Below, in pieces: positions 18,254 to 26,261 of a DNA stretch of 38,488 nt. How positions within the stretch are numbered: position 1 is the stretch's first letter; the number at the start of each line of letters is the position of its first letter. The position numbers were made by a program, and so were the translations under genes. A model generated the notes under the pieces. The model saw nothing but the letters and a program-made list of their open reading frames with translations. It was not told the DNA's origin and made no database searches. Origin of the DNA: a virus (Duplodnaviria > Caudoviricetes). The stretch is from positions 1-38,488 of the IMG/VR virus record IMGVR_UViG_3300022742_000002; one strand, 5' to 3'.

Positions 18254-19021
18254 TCAAGGACTATATTCCCATGGCGTTGCCGGCGCGGTGAAGCCGGTGA
18301 GCACATGATCGCGCAGGCCCCAGCCGCCGATCCGCTCCAGCAGCGCCGTCATGCCGGCGTGCCAGCCGGCATAATCAGTGTTGGCCTCGACGATGTCCGC
18401 ATCGCTGTGGGCAGGCTCCAGCGGGCACCACTTCACCTGCACCTGCCGGCGCCCATCGCCGAAGCTGCGGAAATGGAAACCCCGCTCGTCCTCGACGATC
18501 CGTCGCTGCCCGCGGGCGTCGAAGAGCGACTGTCCGCGCAGCACATAGCGCTTGGCCAGTTCCGAGCGGGTCGGCACGAACTCCCACCGCTCGGCCATGA
18601 CATGCCGGTAGCGGCCGCGCGCCTCGCTCGGCCGCTTCACCGCCACCATGGGCGGTACCAGCGGCAGCCAGTCCGGCCGGGTGCCCGATCGCCCATGGAA
18701 GCGGACGAGGCGCCGCTACCACGGGTCGAGCCACCCCACCGCGTTGGCGACCGCCTCGGCATCGGGATGAACCGTCACGGCGATGCCGCGCACCGGTCCG
18801 CCGCCGTCCACCCGGTCGCCGGTCTCATGACGGCGCAGCAGTTCGGCCACGCCGTCGCCGCTCACTCCCTGCGGTTCCCATCCATGATCGTTCGCCGCGG
18901 CCTCGATGTCGAAGAGGCCGGACTGGACACGGTCGGCCTGCTGGTCGCGCAACGCCCAGGTCACCAGGCTTTCAAGGTCGAGGCGCCGGCGAGTGTCGCA
19001 GTGGGCAAAGGCTAAGGCCAC
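18254..19021 (-). pseudogene. Gene at the late-regulator (Q-like) position, interrupted by an in-frame TAG
   Basis: ORFs 18716-19066 and 18254-18649 share a frame and read ...WLDPW*RRLVRFHGRSGTRPDWLPLVPPMVAV..., with a single TAG at 18716-18718. Confidence 0.7.
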
Positions 19022-19032
19022 GATGCCCCCGA

Positions 19033-19323
19033 TCAGGCTGCAGCCGGCACGGCCACCGGCTGGCACAGCGCGCCAGGAAACAGCATGCCGATGCCCACCA
19101 CCAGGGTATCCAGGGCCTCCATGGAGATCTGCCCCGGATCGATGCGGCCGGTGTGTTGCAGGTAACGCGCTTTGGCGAAGAGGTCTTGTGGCGTCAGGAT
19201 GTCGCCCTTGACCAGGACCTCCTCCAGGTTGCCACGCAAAGCCTCGATGTGGTCGGCATCGCCGCTGCCCAGCGCTTCATAGGCGAGGAATACGGGCATC
19301 AGCTTGGAATCATTGGCAGGCAT
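19033..19323 (-). CDS. Hypothetical protein
   Basis: 96 aa from ATG 19323 with a GGAGGT RBS; divergent from umuD. Confidence 0.65.
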   Translation of the reverse strand: MPANDSKLMPVFLAYEALGSGDADHIEALRGNLEEVLVKGDILTPQDLFAKARYLQHTGRIDPGQISMEALDTLVVGIGMLFPGALCQPVAVPAAA

Positions 19324-19483
19324 GGGGCGACCTCCGGCGACCACCCGGCGGCACACATCCGCCAGGGTCGTTAGGATTGTTTGCCCAAAAGGATTACCAA
19401 TTCCTTGCGACAAATTGCGCGGACAGGGTTTTTTGTTGCTTTTCCCCATCCCGGTCTCGCGGAACCGCTGTCAACCGATCAAT

Positions 19484-19498
19484 GTTCTTGAAAAGTTC
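19484..19498 (+). promoter_or_regulatory. Alphaproteobacterial LexA (SOS) box
   Basis: GTTC-TTGAAAA-GTTC, an exact GTTC-N7-GTTC, about 50 bp upstream of umuD. Confidence 0.88.
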
Positions 19499-19546
19499 CT
19501 ATGCAGCGCCATCCTGACGGCCAGTGTCAGTAACAAGGAGGAAGCC

Positions 19547-19975
19547 ATGTGCGAGCCGCAATTGGTCTACATGCGTTCGTGCCCAATTGCCTCATACGAT
19601 GCCGTGATCTCGGCAGGCTTCCCCAGCCCGGCCGCCGACTATGTCGAAGGCCGCATCGACCTTGCGGAGGTGCTGGTACCGCACCCCAGCGCTACCTTCA
19701 CCCTGCGCATCTCGGGCCACAGCATGACGCGCGCCGGCATCCACGATGGGGACTTGGCAATCGTCGACCGAAGCCTGACGGCGCGGCATGACGACGTTGT
19801 GGTTGCCGTGCTGGATGGTGAGCTGGTGTGCAAGCGCCTGCTGGTCCGCCGCGGTCGCTATTACCTCGCACCGGAGTCGGACGATCGTGCGTATCAGGTG
19901 ATCGACGTCACCGATCGCCGCGACTTCGAGGTCTGGGGCGTCGTCAGCGCGACCATCCGGATCCACCGGGGCTGA
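19547..19975 (+). CDS. umuD: DNA polymerase V subunit UmuD (S24 peptidase)
   Basis: [11 protein letters not shown] cleavage motif, GHSM catalytic Ser, VCKRL catalytic Lys; AGGAGG RBS. Confidence 0.95.
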   Translation: MCEPQLVYMRSCPIASYDAVISAGFPSPAADYVEGRIDLAEVLVPHPSATFTLRISGHSMTRAGIHDGDLAIVDRSLTARHDDVVVAVLDGELVCKRLLVRRGRYYLAPESDDRAYQVIDVTDRRDFEVWGVVSATIRIHRG

Positions 19976-19977
19976 CG

Positions 19978-21243
19978 ATGGCCAACACCTTCGCCCTGGT
20001 GGACTGCAACAATTTCTATGTGAGCTGCGAACGGGTCTTCAACCCGCAGCTGGAGGGGGTGCCGGTCGGCGTGCTGTCGAACAACGACGGCTGCTTCGTC
20101 GCCCGGTCGGCCGAGTTGAAGGCGCTGGGCGTCACCATGGGCCAACCCCTGTTCGAGGTGCGTGACCTCGTCCGCCGCCACAATGTCCGGGTCCTATCCA
20201 GCAACTATGCCCTCTACGGGGATCTCAGCGCCCGCGTGACCGATTGCCTGCGGGGCTTTGCTCCGGCTCTGGAGGTCTATTCGATCGACGAGTCGTTCCT
20301 CGATCTGACCGGAATGACAGGCTCCCTGCCCGCCTATGCCGCCGATATCCGCCGGACGGTGCGGCGCTGGACCGGCATTCCGACCTGTGTCGGGATCGCC
20401 CCTTCCAAGACGCTGGCGAAGCTGGCGAACTTCGCAGCCAAGAAAGCCTTGCGAGATGATAGCGGCGTCTGCGACCTGACCAACCCGGACGTTCGGGACG
20501 CGATCCTCGCGCGGGTGCCAATCGCCGAAGTTTGGGGCATCGGCCGGCGATCGGCCGAGAAGCTGGAGCGGCTGTCCGTGCATACCGCGGCCGACTTGCG
20601 CGACCTCGACCCGCGGCTCGCCCGTCAGGTGCTGACGGTGACCGGCGAAAGGCTCGTCTACGAGCTGCGCGGCATCGCCTGCATGCCGCTCGATCTGGCG
20701 CCCAGCCCGCGCAGGACAATCGCGGTCACGCGCTCGTTCGGCCAGCCGGTGACGGTGTGGGATGAGATGCGCGAGGCGGTGGCCACCTACGCCACCAGGG
20801 CGGCGGAGAAGCTCCGCGCGGAAAAGCTCGCGACCGAAGCCGTCCAGGTGTTCTGCCACACCTCGCCATTCCGCCCCGGTCCAAGCTACAGCAACGCGGT
20901 GACTGTGGAGGTGCAGCCGGCAAGCAGCGATACCTTCCAGCTGATCGCTGCGGCAACCGCCGGCGCCCGCCGGATCTGGCGTGACGGCTACGACATGAGC
21001 AAGGCCGGCGTGATCCTGACCGGCCTTATCCCGGAGGGAAAGGTGCAGCCGGACCTGCTCCAAGTCGCCGATCGGCAGCGCGGCGCGAAGCTGATGGCCG
21101 CGCTCGATGCGATCAACACCAGGATGGGACGGAACACCCTGGTGCCGGCGGCCACCATCGGCCGCTCTTGGCAGATGCGTCAGGAACAACGTTCGCCCAG
21201 CTATACCACGAAGCTGGGCGAAGTACCGGTGGCGCAGGCCTGA
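19978..21243 (+). CDS. umuC: Y-family DNA polymerase V subunit UmuC
   Basis: [29 protein letters not shown] and the C-terminal [14 protein letters not shown] motif. Confidence 0.96.
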   Translation: MANTFALVDCNNFYVSCERVFNPQLEGVPVGVLSNNDGCFVARSAELKALGVTMGQPLFEVRDLVRRHNVRVLSSNYALYGDLSARVTDCLRGFAPALEVYSIDESFLDLTGMTGSLPAYAADIRRTVRRWTGIPTCVGIAPSKTLAKLANFAAKKALRDDSGVCDLTNPDVRDAILARVPIAEVWGIGRRSAEKLERLSVHTAADLRDLDPRLARQVLTVTGERLVYELRGIACMPLDLAPSPRRTIAVTRSFGQPVTVWDEMREAVATYATRAAEKLRAEKLATEAVQVFCHTSPFRPGPSYSNAVTVEVQPASSDTFQLIAAATAGARRIWRDGYDMSKAGVILTGLIPEGKVQPDLLQVADRQRGAKLMAALDAINTRMGRNTLVPAATIGRSWQMRQEQRSPSYTTKLGEVPVAQA

Positions 21244-21650
21244 CCTTCTTTCAGAGTGCGGATCAGAACCAGTCAGGGTATGAGGAAAATCAAGGGTTTC
21301 CGCGCACCCAGCTAGGTTTTTGATAAGCACTCTAAAAGACTCGTGGCTCGGCGGACTAATGCCACTTGACAGGTATCATGGGAAACCATCTGCCGTTCCC
21401 TACGTAGCTCGTCCAAGAGCTAAGGAAAAAAAAATTCACCGCCCAAGCCATGGCTTCGCCAAGTTTAGGTTCATAGGTTCTGCTGCTCTCATTCGCATTG
21501 CTGTGGCTGCCTTCTAGTGGTTAGAAGTGAGAAGATCCATAGGAACACCGCCACGATGACGAGTACGCCATGATCTCTATGAGAATCCAAGGTTGATCTT
21601 TAGCAAAGCCGAGCATACCTTGTGATGGCGCTCTAGGCATGGAGGAACTA

Positions 21651-21785
21651 ATGCAGGAGTCTATACAAGGCGTGATCAGCCTCGCCAAAGACGGGGTCTC
21701 TGGCTCCTTTGTCATAAGCTTGGCTTTGGTTGCTGTCTGCCTACTTGCTTGTGCTATCGTCATTATTGCTAAGAACCGGGGATAG
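21651..21785 (+). CDS. 44-aa single-pass membrane peptide (not in the ORF track)
   Basis: GGAGGA RBS, then MQESIQGVISLAKDGVSGSFVISLALVAVCLLACAIVIIAKNRG: one hydrophobic helix and a basic C-terminus. Confidence 0.65.
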   Translation: MQESIQGVISLAKDGVSGSFVISLALVAVCLLACAIVIIAKNRG

Positions 21786-21820
21786 ACTTCACTGTCATCC
21801 TCTTAATCATGGAGAAATCT

Positions 21821-22003
21821 ATGTTTGAACATTGTCCGGATCACAGAAAAACCTGTGACTTTGTTCCATTCCATTTCAAGAACTCTGAAGGCTTCTCATT
21901 TCATAAATGTCTAACTTGCGGAATTGTCTTCGAAACGGCTTCCGATATTGAGAAAAACAAAGAATTGAGCGTCAATGCTATTGTGGACGCTAAGGAGCGA
22001 TGA
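21821..22003 (+). CDS. Small zinc-ribbon protein
   Basis: GGAG RBS; 60 aa with CPDHRKTC...CLTCGIVFET. Confidence 0.65.
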   Translation: MFEHCPDHRKTCDFVPFHFKNSEGFSFHKCLTCGIVFETASDIEKNKELSVNAIVDAKER

Positions 22004-22006
22004 GTT

Positions 22007-22687
22007 ATGAGCGCGAAGCATATTGACAAAAATCAGAACTCAGATAGAAAAAATAGCAGTCGAAGAGATAACAACCCGCATTGCCCTGAATGCGGACAAG
22101 CAGGTATTGTAAAAGAGGTGACTGCCAAAGATCCTTCTTCGTTTTCTAATAACACTGATGATGAACTTTCTATAGTAAAGGAATATCCAAGGTACGGTAG
22201 ATATCGGAGATATACGTGCACAAATGACCATTCTTGGTATACTGAAGAACGAATCAAGAAAGATATAGGAATTGTTATTATAAGACGAGATGGAAGAATT
22301 GAACCTTTCAACAGGTCAAAAATGTTTATGAGTATAAAAAAAGCTAACGATAAGCTAGGAGGTGATGCTATTTCTGACATATGCTCTAAATCATTGAAAT
22401 GCTTAGAAACTCATTTCAAGAATAAGCCAGTTAATGGAAAAGAAGGCTCTATATATTACAGTAGCTCTGATATTGGTGAAGCCATTTTACAAACACTTAT
22501 GGAGGAAGCGGAATCATTTGTTCCAGATCTAAAGCACGACGATAGAAGATCGCAGTATAAAAGCGCATACTACCGATATTCTGTTTTCTTCAGGAAACTA
22601 GACCAAAAGCCATTTGTAGAAGGGATGAAGATACTTTTCAGGCATTTCCTTAAACAGTCTTCGAGGAGTTTTAGGCATATAAAGTAG
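22007..22687 (+). CDS. Divergent NrdR-like protein (Zn ribbon plus ATP-cone)
   Basis: CPECG...YRRYTCTNDHSWYTEER, then the ATP-cone start VIIRRDGRIEPFNRSK, SSDIGEAIL and AYYRYSVFFR, in the same order as NrdR. Confidence 0.85.
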   Translation: MSAKHIDKNQNSDRKNSSRRDNNPHCPECGQAGIVKEVTAKDPSSFSNNTDDELSIVKEYPRYGRYRRYTCTNDHSWYTEERIKKDIGIVIIRRDGRIEPFNRSKMFMSIKKANDKLGGDAISDICSKSLKCLETHFKNKPVNGKEGSIYYSSSDIGEAILQTLMEEAESFVPDLKHDDRRSQYKSAYYRYSVFFRKLDQKPFVEGMKILFRHFLKQSSRSFRHIK

Positions 22688-22724
22688 AATTGCTTTAATC
22701 ACGGCAGTGTGCAAGGAGGCAAAA

Positions 22725-23300
22725 ATGAGAGTCGGGACAAAAAGCATTCTTTTCGGAGTTCATCATTTCATACTACATCCACTTTTGGTTTGGATATCAT
22801 GGAAGCTCATTTACGGAAAGAACCCAAACATTCGAGAAACGATCTGCATTATATTGCACGATATTGGGTATATTTTCTGCAAAACAATGGATGGCGAAGA
22901 CGGAGAACGGCACCCTGAGCTTGGTGGAAAGATAGCAAATATCTTATTCGGTAAAGAGTTTGGAGACTTGGTCAAGTTTCACAGCAGATCTATGGCTCTT
23001 ATTTACGGGGAGAGCGTATCTAAGCTTTGCCTTCCTGATAAATTGTCTTTTTTGCTTTATCCAAAATATCTGTATATCTTTCTCGGCAGAATGAGTGGAG
23101 AGATAGAAGAATATAAAGAAAGAATGAACCTAAACGGCACTTCAGATTCCGAATGGTACGATATTACCTGTATTCGCGCAATATCTTGGGCCGAAAAAAA
23201 TATAGGACAAGAATATATAGAACTTTTCCAAAAAAATTTTACAAGTAAAATTTCAATAATTAACAAGAAAATAGACATAGCTCACACTATATCGCCATAA
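22725..23300 (+). CDS. HD-domain metal-dependent phosphohydrolase
   Basis: AAGGAGG RBS; H...HD(IGY)...H(PELG)...H(SR)...D(KL) pattern, 191 aa. Confidence 0.8.
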   Translation: MRVGTKSILFGVHHFILHPLLVWISWKLIYGKNPNIRETICIILHDIGYIFCKTMDGEDGERHPELGGKIANILFGKEFGDLVKFHSRSMALIYGESVSKLCLPDKLSFLLYPKYLYIFLGRMSGEIEEYKERMNLNGTSDSEWYDITCIRAISWAEKNIGQEYIELFQKNFTSKISIINKKIDIAHTISP

Positions 23301-23513
23301 TGTGTCTATAAAGATAATTAATGCTTGCGATTTATTCATAAACCTCCTGCAATGACCAAAAATTTATTTGAAACATTCTATCACATTTTTATGTAAAACT
23401 ATATTTCTCACAAATATATGATTTAACATTCGGTATGCCAATTCAGAAACTGGAAATTTCATGGGCATTTGCTGATTTTTAGATAAATTGAGGCTTGCTT
23501 CCCAAGCAATTAA

Positions 23514-24410
23514 TTAGCGTTTCAATGAAGCATTATGCAGATCAATTACGTGACGGACGATATCGGCAGCGGCAGGATCGGGCGCCGCCATCACCAGCAG
23601 GATGTGATATATCCCGTCGATCTCCACAATGATGGAACCAGCGTCATCCTGATCCATGTCCCACTGCAACCTTAATGCTATGGCGAAGCGGGATTCCTGG
23701 AGCGACTTTATCGGAACTGCCGATGATTGCAGCTTAAATCCCTTATACTGCTCTCTCCTCACCACCGCCCCGCCCTTGATGACAGGCGTCTCCCCCAGCC
23801 GGCGCTCTAGCGACGGTAGCGGTTCAGGCGCCAGCTTAGAAGGCAACTCCACGGAAACTTGGGGTGGTTCACCCGCGGACGTAGGCTCTGGTGCCGTAAG
23901 GACTTTCTCGCAGCAATCCATGACATTCTTGGGTTCCGTTTCAGCCAAAGTTGCCGACAGGGCCTTCAGCGCCTCTACCTCAGACCGCGTGACATCAGAT
24001 CGGATCAAGCCCTGCTCCAGAGCCTGCTGGCGGGTGTCGTCCGGCAGGGTGGCGATGGCGTAGAGGGTGCTCATCGCTTCCGGCAGACAGTCCAGCGGCA
24101 CCTGCCCCTCGTCCACGAAGGCGGCGATCTCGCGCAGCTTGCGGGCGGTCGACGTGCTGAACGGAAGGTCGGCCGCCACCATCGCCTCGTACTCGCCATG
24201 GGGCAGAGCCGCCTTGGCCTCGTTCAGGCGGCGGCCGACGGCGATGGTCGCCTCCAGAGCGTTCGACCATTCGCGGCGGATGTCGGCGGCGAACTCGGCC
24301 CGCGTAGTCAGCTGGCGCGGGGTGGCCAGCATCGACAGGCGGGCGTCGCCCAGGCTGCGGCGGGCGGGCGGCCTGGGATTGTGCTTCGGCCCGGAACCGG
24401 ATCGGGACAT
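23514..24410 (-). CDS. DUF3102-like DNA-binding protein, possible ParA partner
   Basis: IAVGRRLNEAKAALPHGEYEAMV...FSTSTARKL motif; directly downstream of parA; the 3' half is lower in GC. Confidence 0.75.
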   Translation of the reverse strand: MSRSGSGPKHNPRPPARRSLGDARLSMLATPRQLTTRAEFAADIRREWSNALEATIAVGRRLNEAKAALPHGEYEAMVAADLPFSTSTARKLREIAAFVDEGQVPLDCLPEAMSTLYAIATLPDDTRQQALEQGLIRSDVTRSEVEALKALSATLAETEPKNVMDCCEKVLTAPEPTSAGEPPQVSVELPSKLAPEPLPSLERRLGETPVIKGGAVVRREQYKGFKLQSSAVPIKSLQESRFAIALRLQWDMDQDDAGSIIVEIDGIYHILLVMAAPDPAAADIVRHVIDLHNASLKR

Positions 24411-24414
24411 GGAG

Positions 24415-25035
24415 TCAGCCCTCCATCGCGGCGGACAGGTGGAGCCAGAGGTCGCGGAACAGCGGGCCGGTGCGGGTGCCTGGGATCTCCGCGGTGCCCA
24501 GCCCGGCGATGAAGCTGCGCGGCACCTCCTGAAGCTGCGGGATCTCCACCGGCGCCACCGCCCCCATGGCGGAGACGATGGCGCGGGCGTCGGCGGTCTC
24601 GCGCAGGCGCGGGACGACCTGGCTCAGCAGCAGACGCATCGGCCGGCGCCGGGCGCGCAGGTAGGGCAGCATGGCCTGCATGCTGACCAGATCCTCCGGG
24701 CCGGGGCGGACAGGCACCAGCACCAGATCGGCGCAGTCGAACAGCAGGGCGGTCGCCTGGGGGAAGTTCTCCACCGCGGTCGGGGTGTCGATCACCAGCA
24801 GGTCGAGGCCGGGCGGAGTCGGCCGCTCCGTCACCGCGCCCAGCGGGCGCTGTTCGTGGAGGATCGGGGCGGCGTCGGCCGGGCGCAGGCCGTGCCAGTG
24901 GGTCAGCGAGCCTTGCGGGTCGGTGTCGAGCGTGCCCACCCGCCGGCCGGCGACGGCGGCCGCGACGGCCAGATTGCGGACGGTGGCGGTCTTCGGACCG
25001 CCGCCCTTCCCCTGGACCACCAGGATCGTCCTCAT
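24415..25035 (-). CDS. parA: ParA family ATPase (short type)
   Basis: KGGGPKT deviant Walker A, LDTDPQGS, VIDTP and ADLVLVPV motifs. Confidence 0.9.
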   Translation of the reverse strand: MRTILVVQGKGGGPKTATVRNLAVAAAVAGRRVGTLDTDPQGSLTHWHGLRPADAAPILHEQRPLGAVTERPTPPGLDLLVIDTPTAVENFPQATALLFDCADLVLVPVRPGPEDLVSMQAMLPYLRARRRPMRLLLSQVVPRLRETADARAIVSAMGAVAPVEIPQLQEVPRSFIAGLGTAEIPGTRTGPLFRDLWLHLSAAMEG

Positions 25036-25850
25036 GCCCGGTCCCCCTGCCCGGCCCGGCCTGCCTGGGCGGCGATGGTCTGGCGGATAATCATCGCCTC
25101 GCGTTCCAGGATTTCGGCGATGGTGTCGAGCGGCGAGTTGATCGCCTCGGTCGCGGCCTTCAGCGCCTTCAGGGCGTCGCTGTGGGCCTTGATGGCGTGC
25201 ATCAGGCGGAAGCCCTCCTGCCGCAGCTCGGGCGGCAGGGCGCGCAGATGGGCAAGGGCGAGGTCCATGCTCTCCTCGCGCGTCCGGGCGGGCGGCGGGG
25301 GCAGAGCTGCGGGCTCATCCGGCCGGTCGGCGGACAGCGAGGCGATGTCGATCCGCTCGCCCCGGCGCAGACGGTCGAGCGCCCGGTCGGTCAAGGCGGA
25401 GCGCGCCCGTTGCTCCTCCTCCTGCCCGATCCGGCGGGCGCGGCGGTCGATGGCGTCGAGGTCGGCGCGGGTGAGGACCGGCGCCAGGGCGGGATGCGCG
25501 GCCCCGCCGGTCACGGCGTCGAACAGCTCGACGATCTGGATGGTGACGGTGATGGCGCGTTCGGTCTCGGCCTTGGTGCAGAGATAGACGGCCTGCTTCT
25601 TCGTCAGCCAGAACTCGGTGGCGGGGCGACCCCTTCCGGGATTTTGCCGCACGGTGCGGCAAATTCCGCCAAGCCGCTCCAGGGCGTCGATATGGCGCTC
25701 GATCAGGGGGCGAATATCGCGGGGTTTCTTGAAGCCCAGAGCTTCGGCAAGGCGCAAGTCAACGATGCGCGGCTCACCGTTGGGGGCTGTGTCGATGTCG
25801 GACAGAGATAACGCGGGCATGACTTGCCCGTTGTCGCCCATGGTCTCCAT
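25032..25850 (-). CDS. Phage antirepressor / Rha-like regulatory protein
   Basis: EPRIVDLRLAEALGF...IRPLIER...GRGRPATEFWLTKKQA motif; GGAGGG RBS. Confidence 0.75.
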   Translation of the reverse strand: METMGDNGQVMPALSLSDIDTAPNGEPRIVDLRLAEALGFKKPRDIRPLIERHIDALERLGGICRTVRQNPGRGRPATEFWLTKKQAVYLCTKAETERAITVTIQIVELFDAVTGGAAHPALAPVLTRADLDAIDRRARRIGQEEEQRARSALTDRALDRLRRGERIDIASLSADRPDEPAALPPPPARTREESMDLALAHLRALPPELRQEGFRLMHAIKAHSDALKALKAATEAINSPLDTIAEILEREAMIIRQTIAAQAGRAGQGDRA

Positions 25851-25854
25851 GGCG

Positions 25855-26085
25855 ATGCCCTCCTATGCGGCGTTGCCGGCAAGAGGGCCGCTTTCGACGA
25901 CAGCCCTGGTGCCGGGGGCTCGAAACCTGCATAGGTCAGGCCGGACTATTCCCCTTGCGGGTGTTGTATTATCCGACCCCCGGCGAAGGGGCATGCTACG
26001 GACAGAGTCCGGGCATGAAAAGAGCCACATCGCGAAAACGCGCGGGTGGCTTGCCGCCTATGGGGAGGTTTCGAGGCTCCGGGGG
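25855..26085 (-). promoter_or_regulatory. Structured leader / C4-like antisense element upstream of the antirepressor
   Basis: CTCGAAACCT (25919-25928) is the reverse complement of AGGTTTCGAG (26066-26075). GCATAGG (25929-25935) is the reverse complement of CCTATGC (25862-25868), which overlaps the RBS. Confidence 0.55.
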
Positions 26086-26261
26086 GAAGGGTCGCTCCGT
26101 TAACGAAGGAGCGTCAACGATTTTCGTGTGCACAGATCAGCTGCATTGCCGTCAAAGCTATTTTTGGTTTTCCGGAAACCGGAAAACAAGAGATGCGTTT
26201 GTCAACTGCATTAGGCGTAGCGGTGATTAAAATATCAAAAACACCGCTACGCATCTAATTA

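Noticed and set aside
21320-21763. ORFs 21320-21517 (+) and 21521-21763 (-)
   Set aside because: No convincing RBS or motif; the minus ORF is antisense to the better supported 44-aa peptide.
23281-23425. NrdR-box-like words (CACACTATATCGCC, CACAAATATATGAT) after the HD gene
   Set aside because: Poor palindromes in AT-rich DNA and downstream of the cassette; a PWM scan would be needed to support them.
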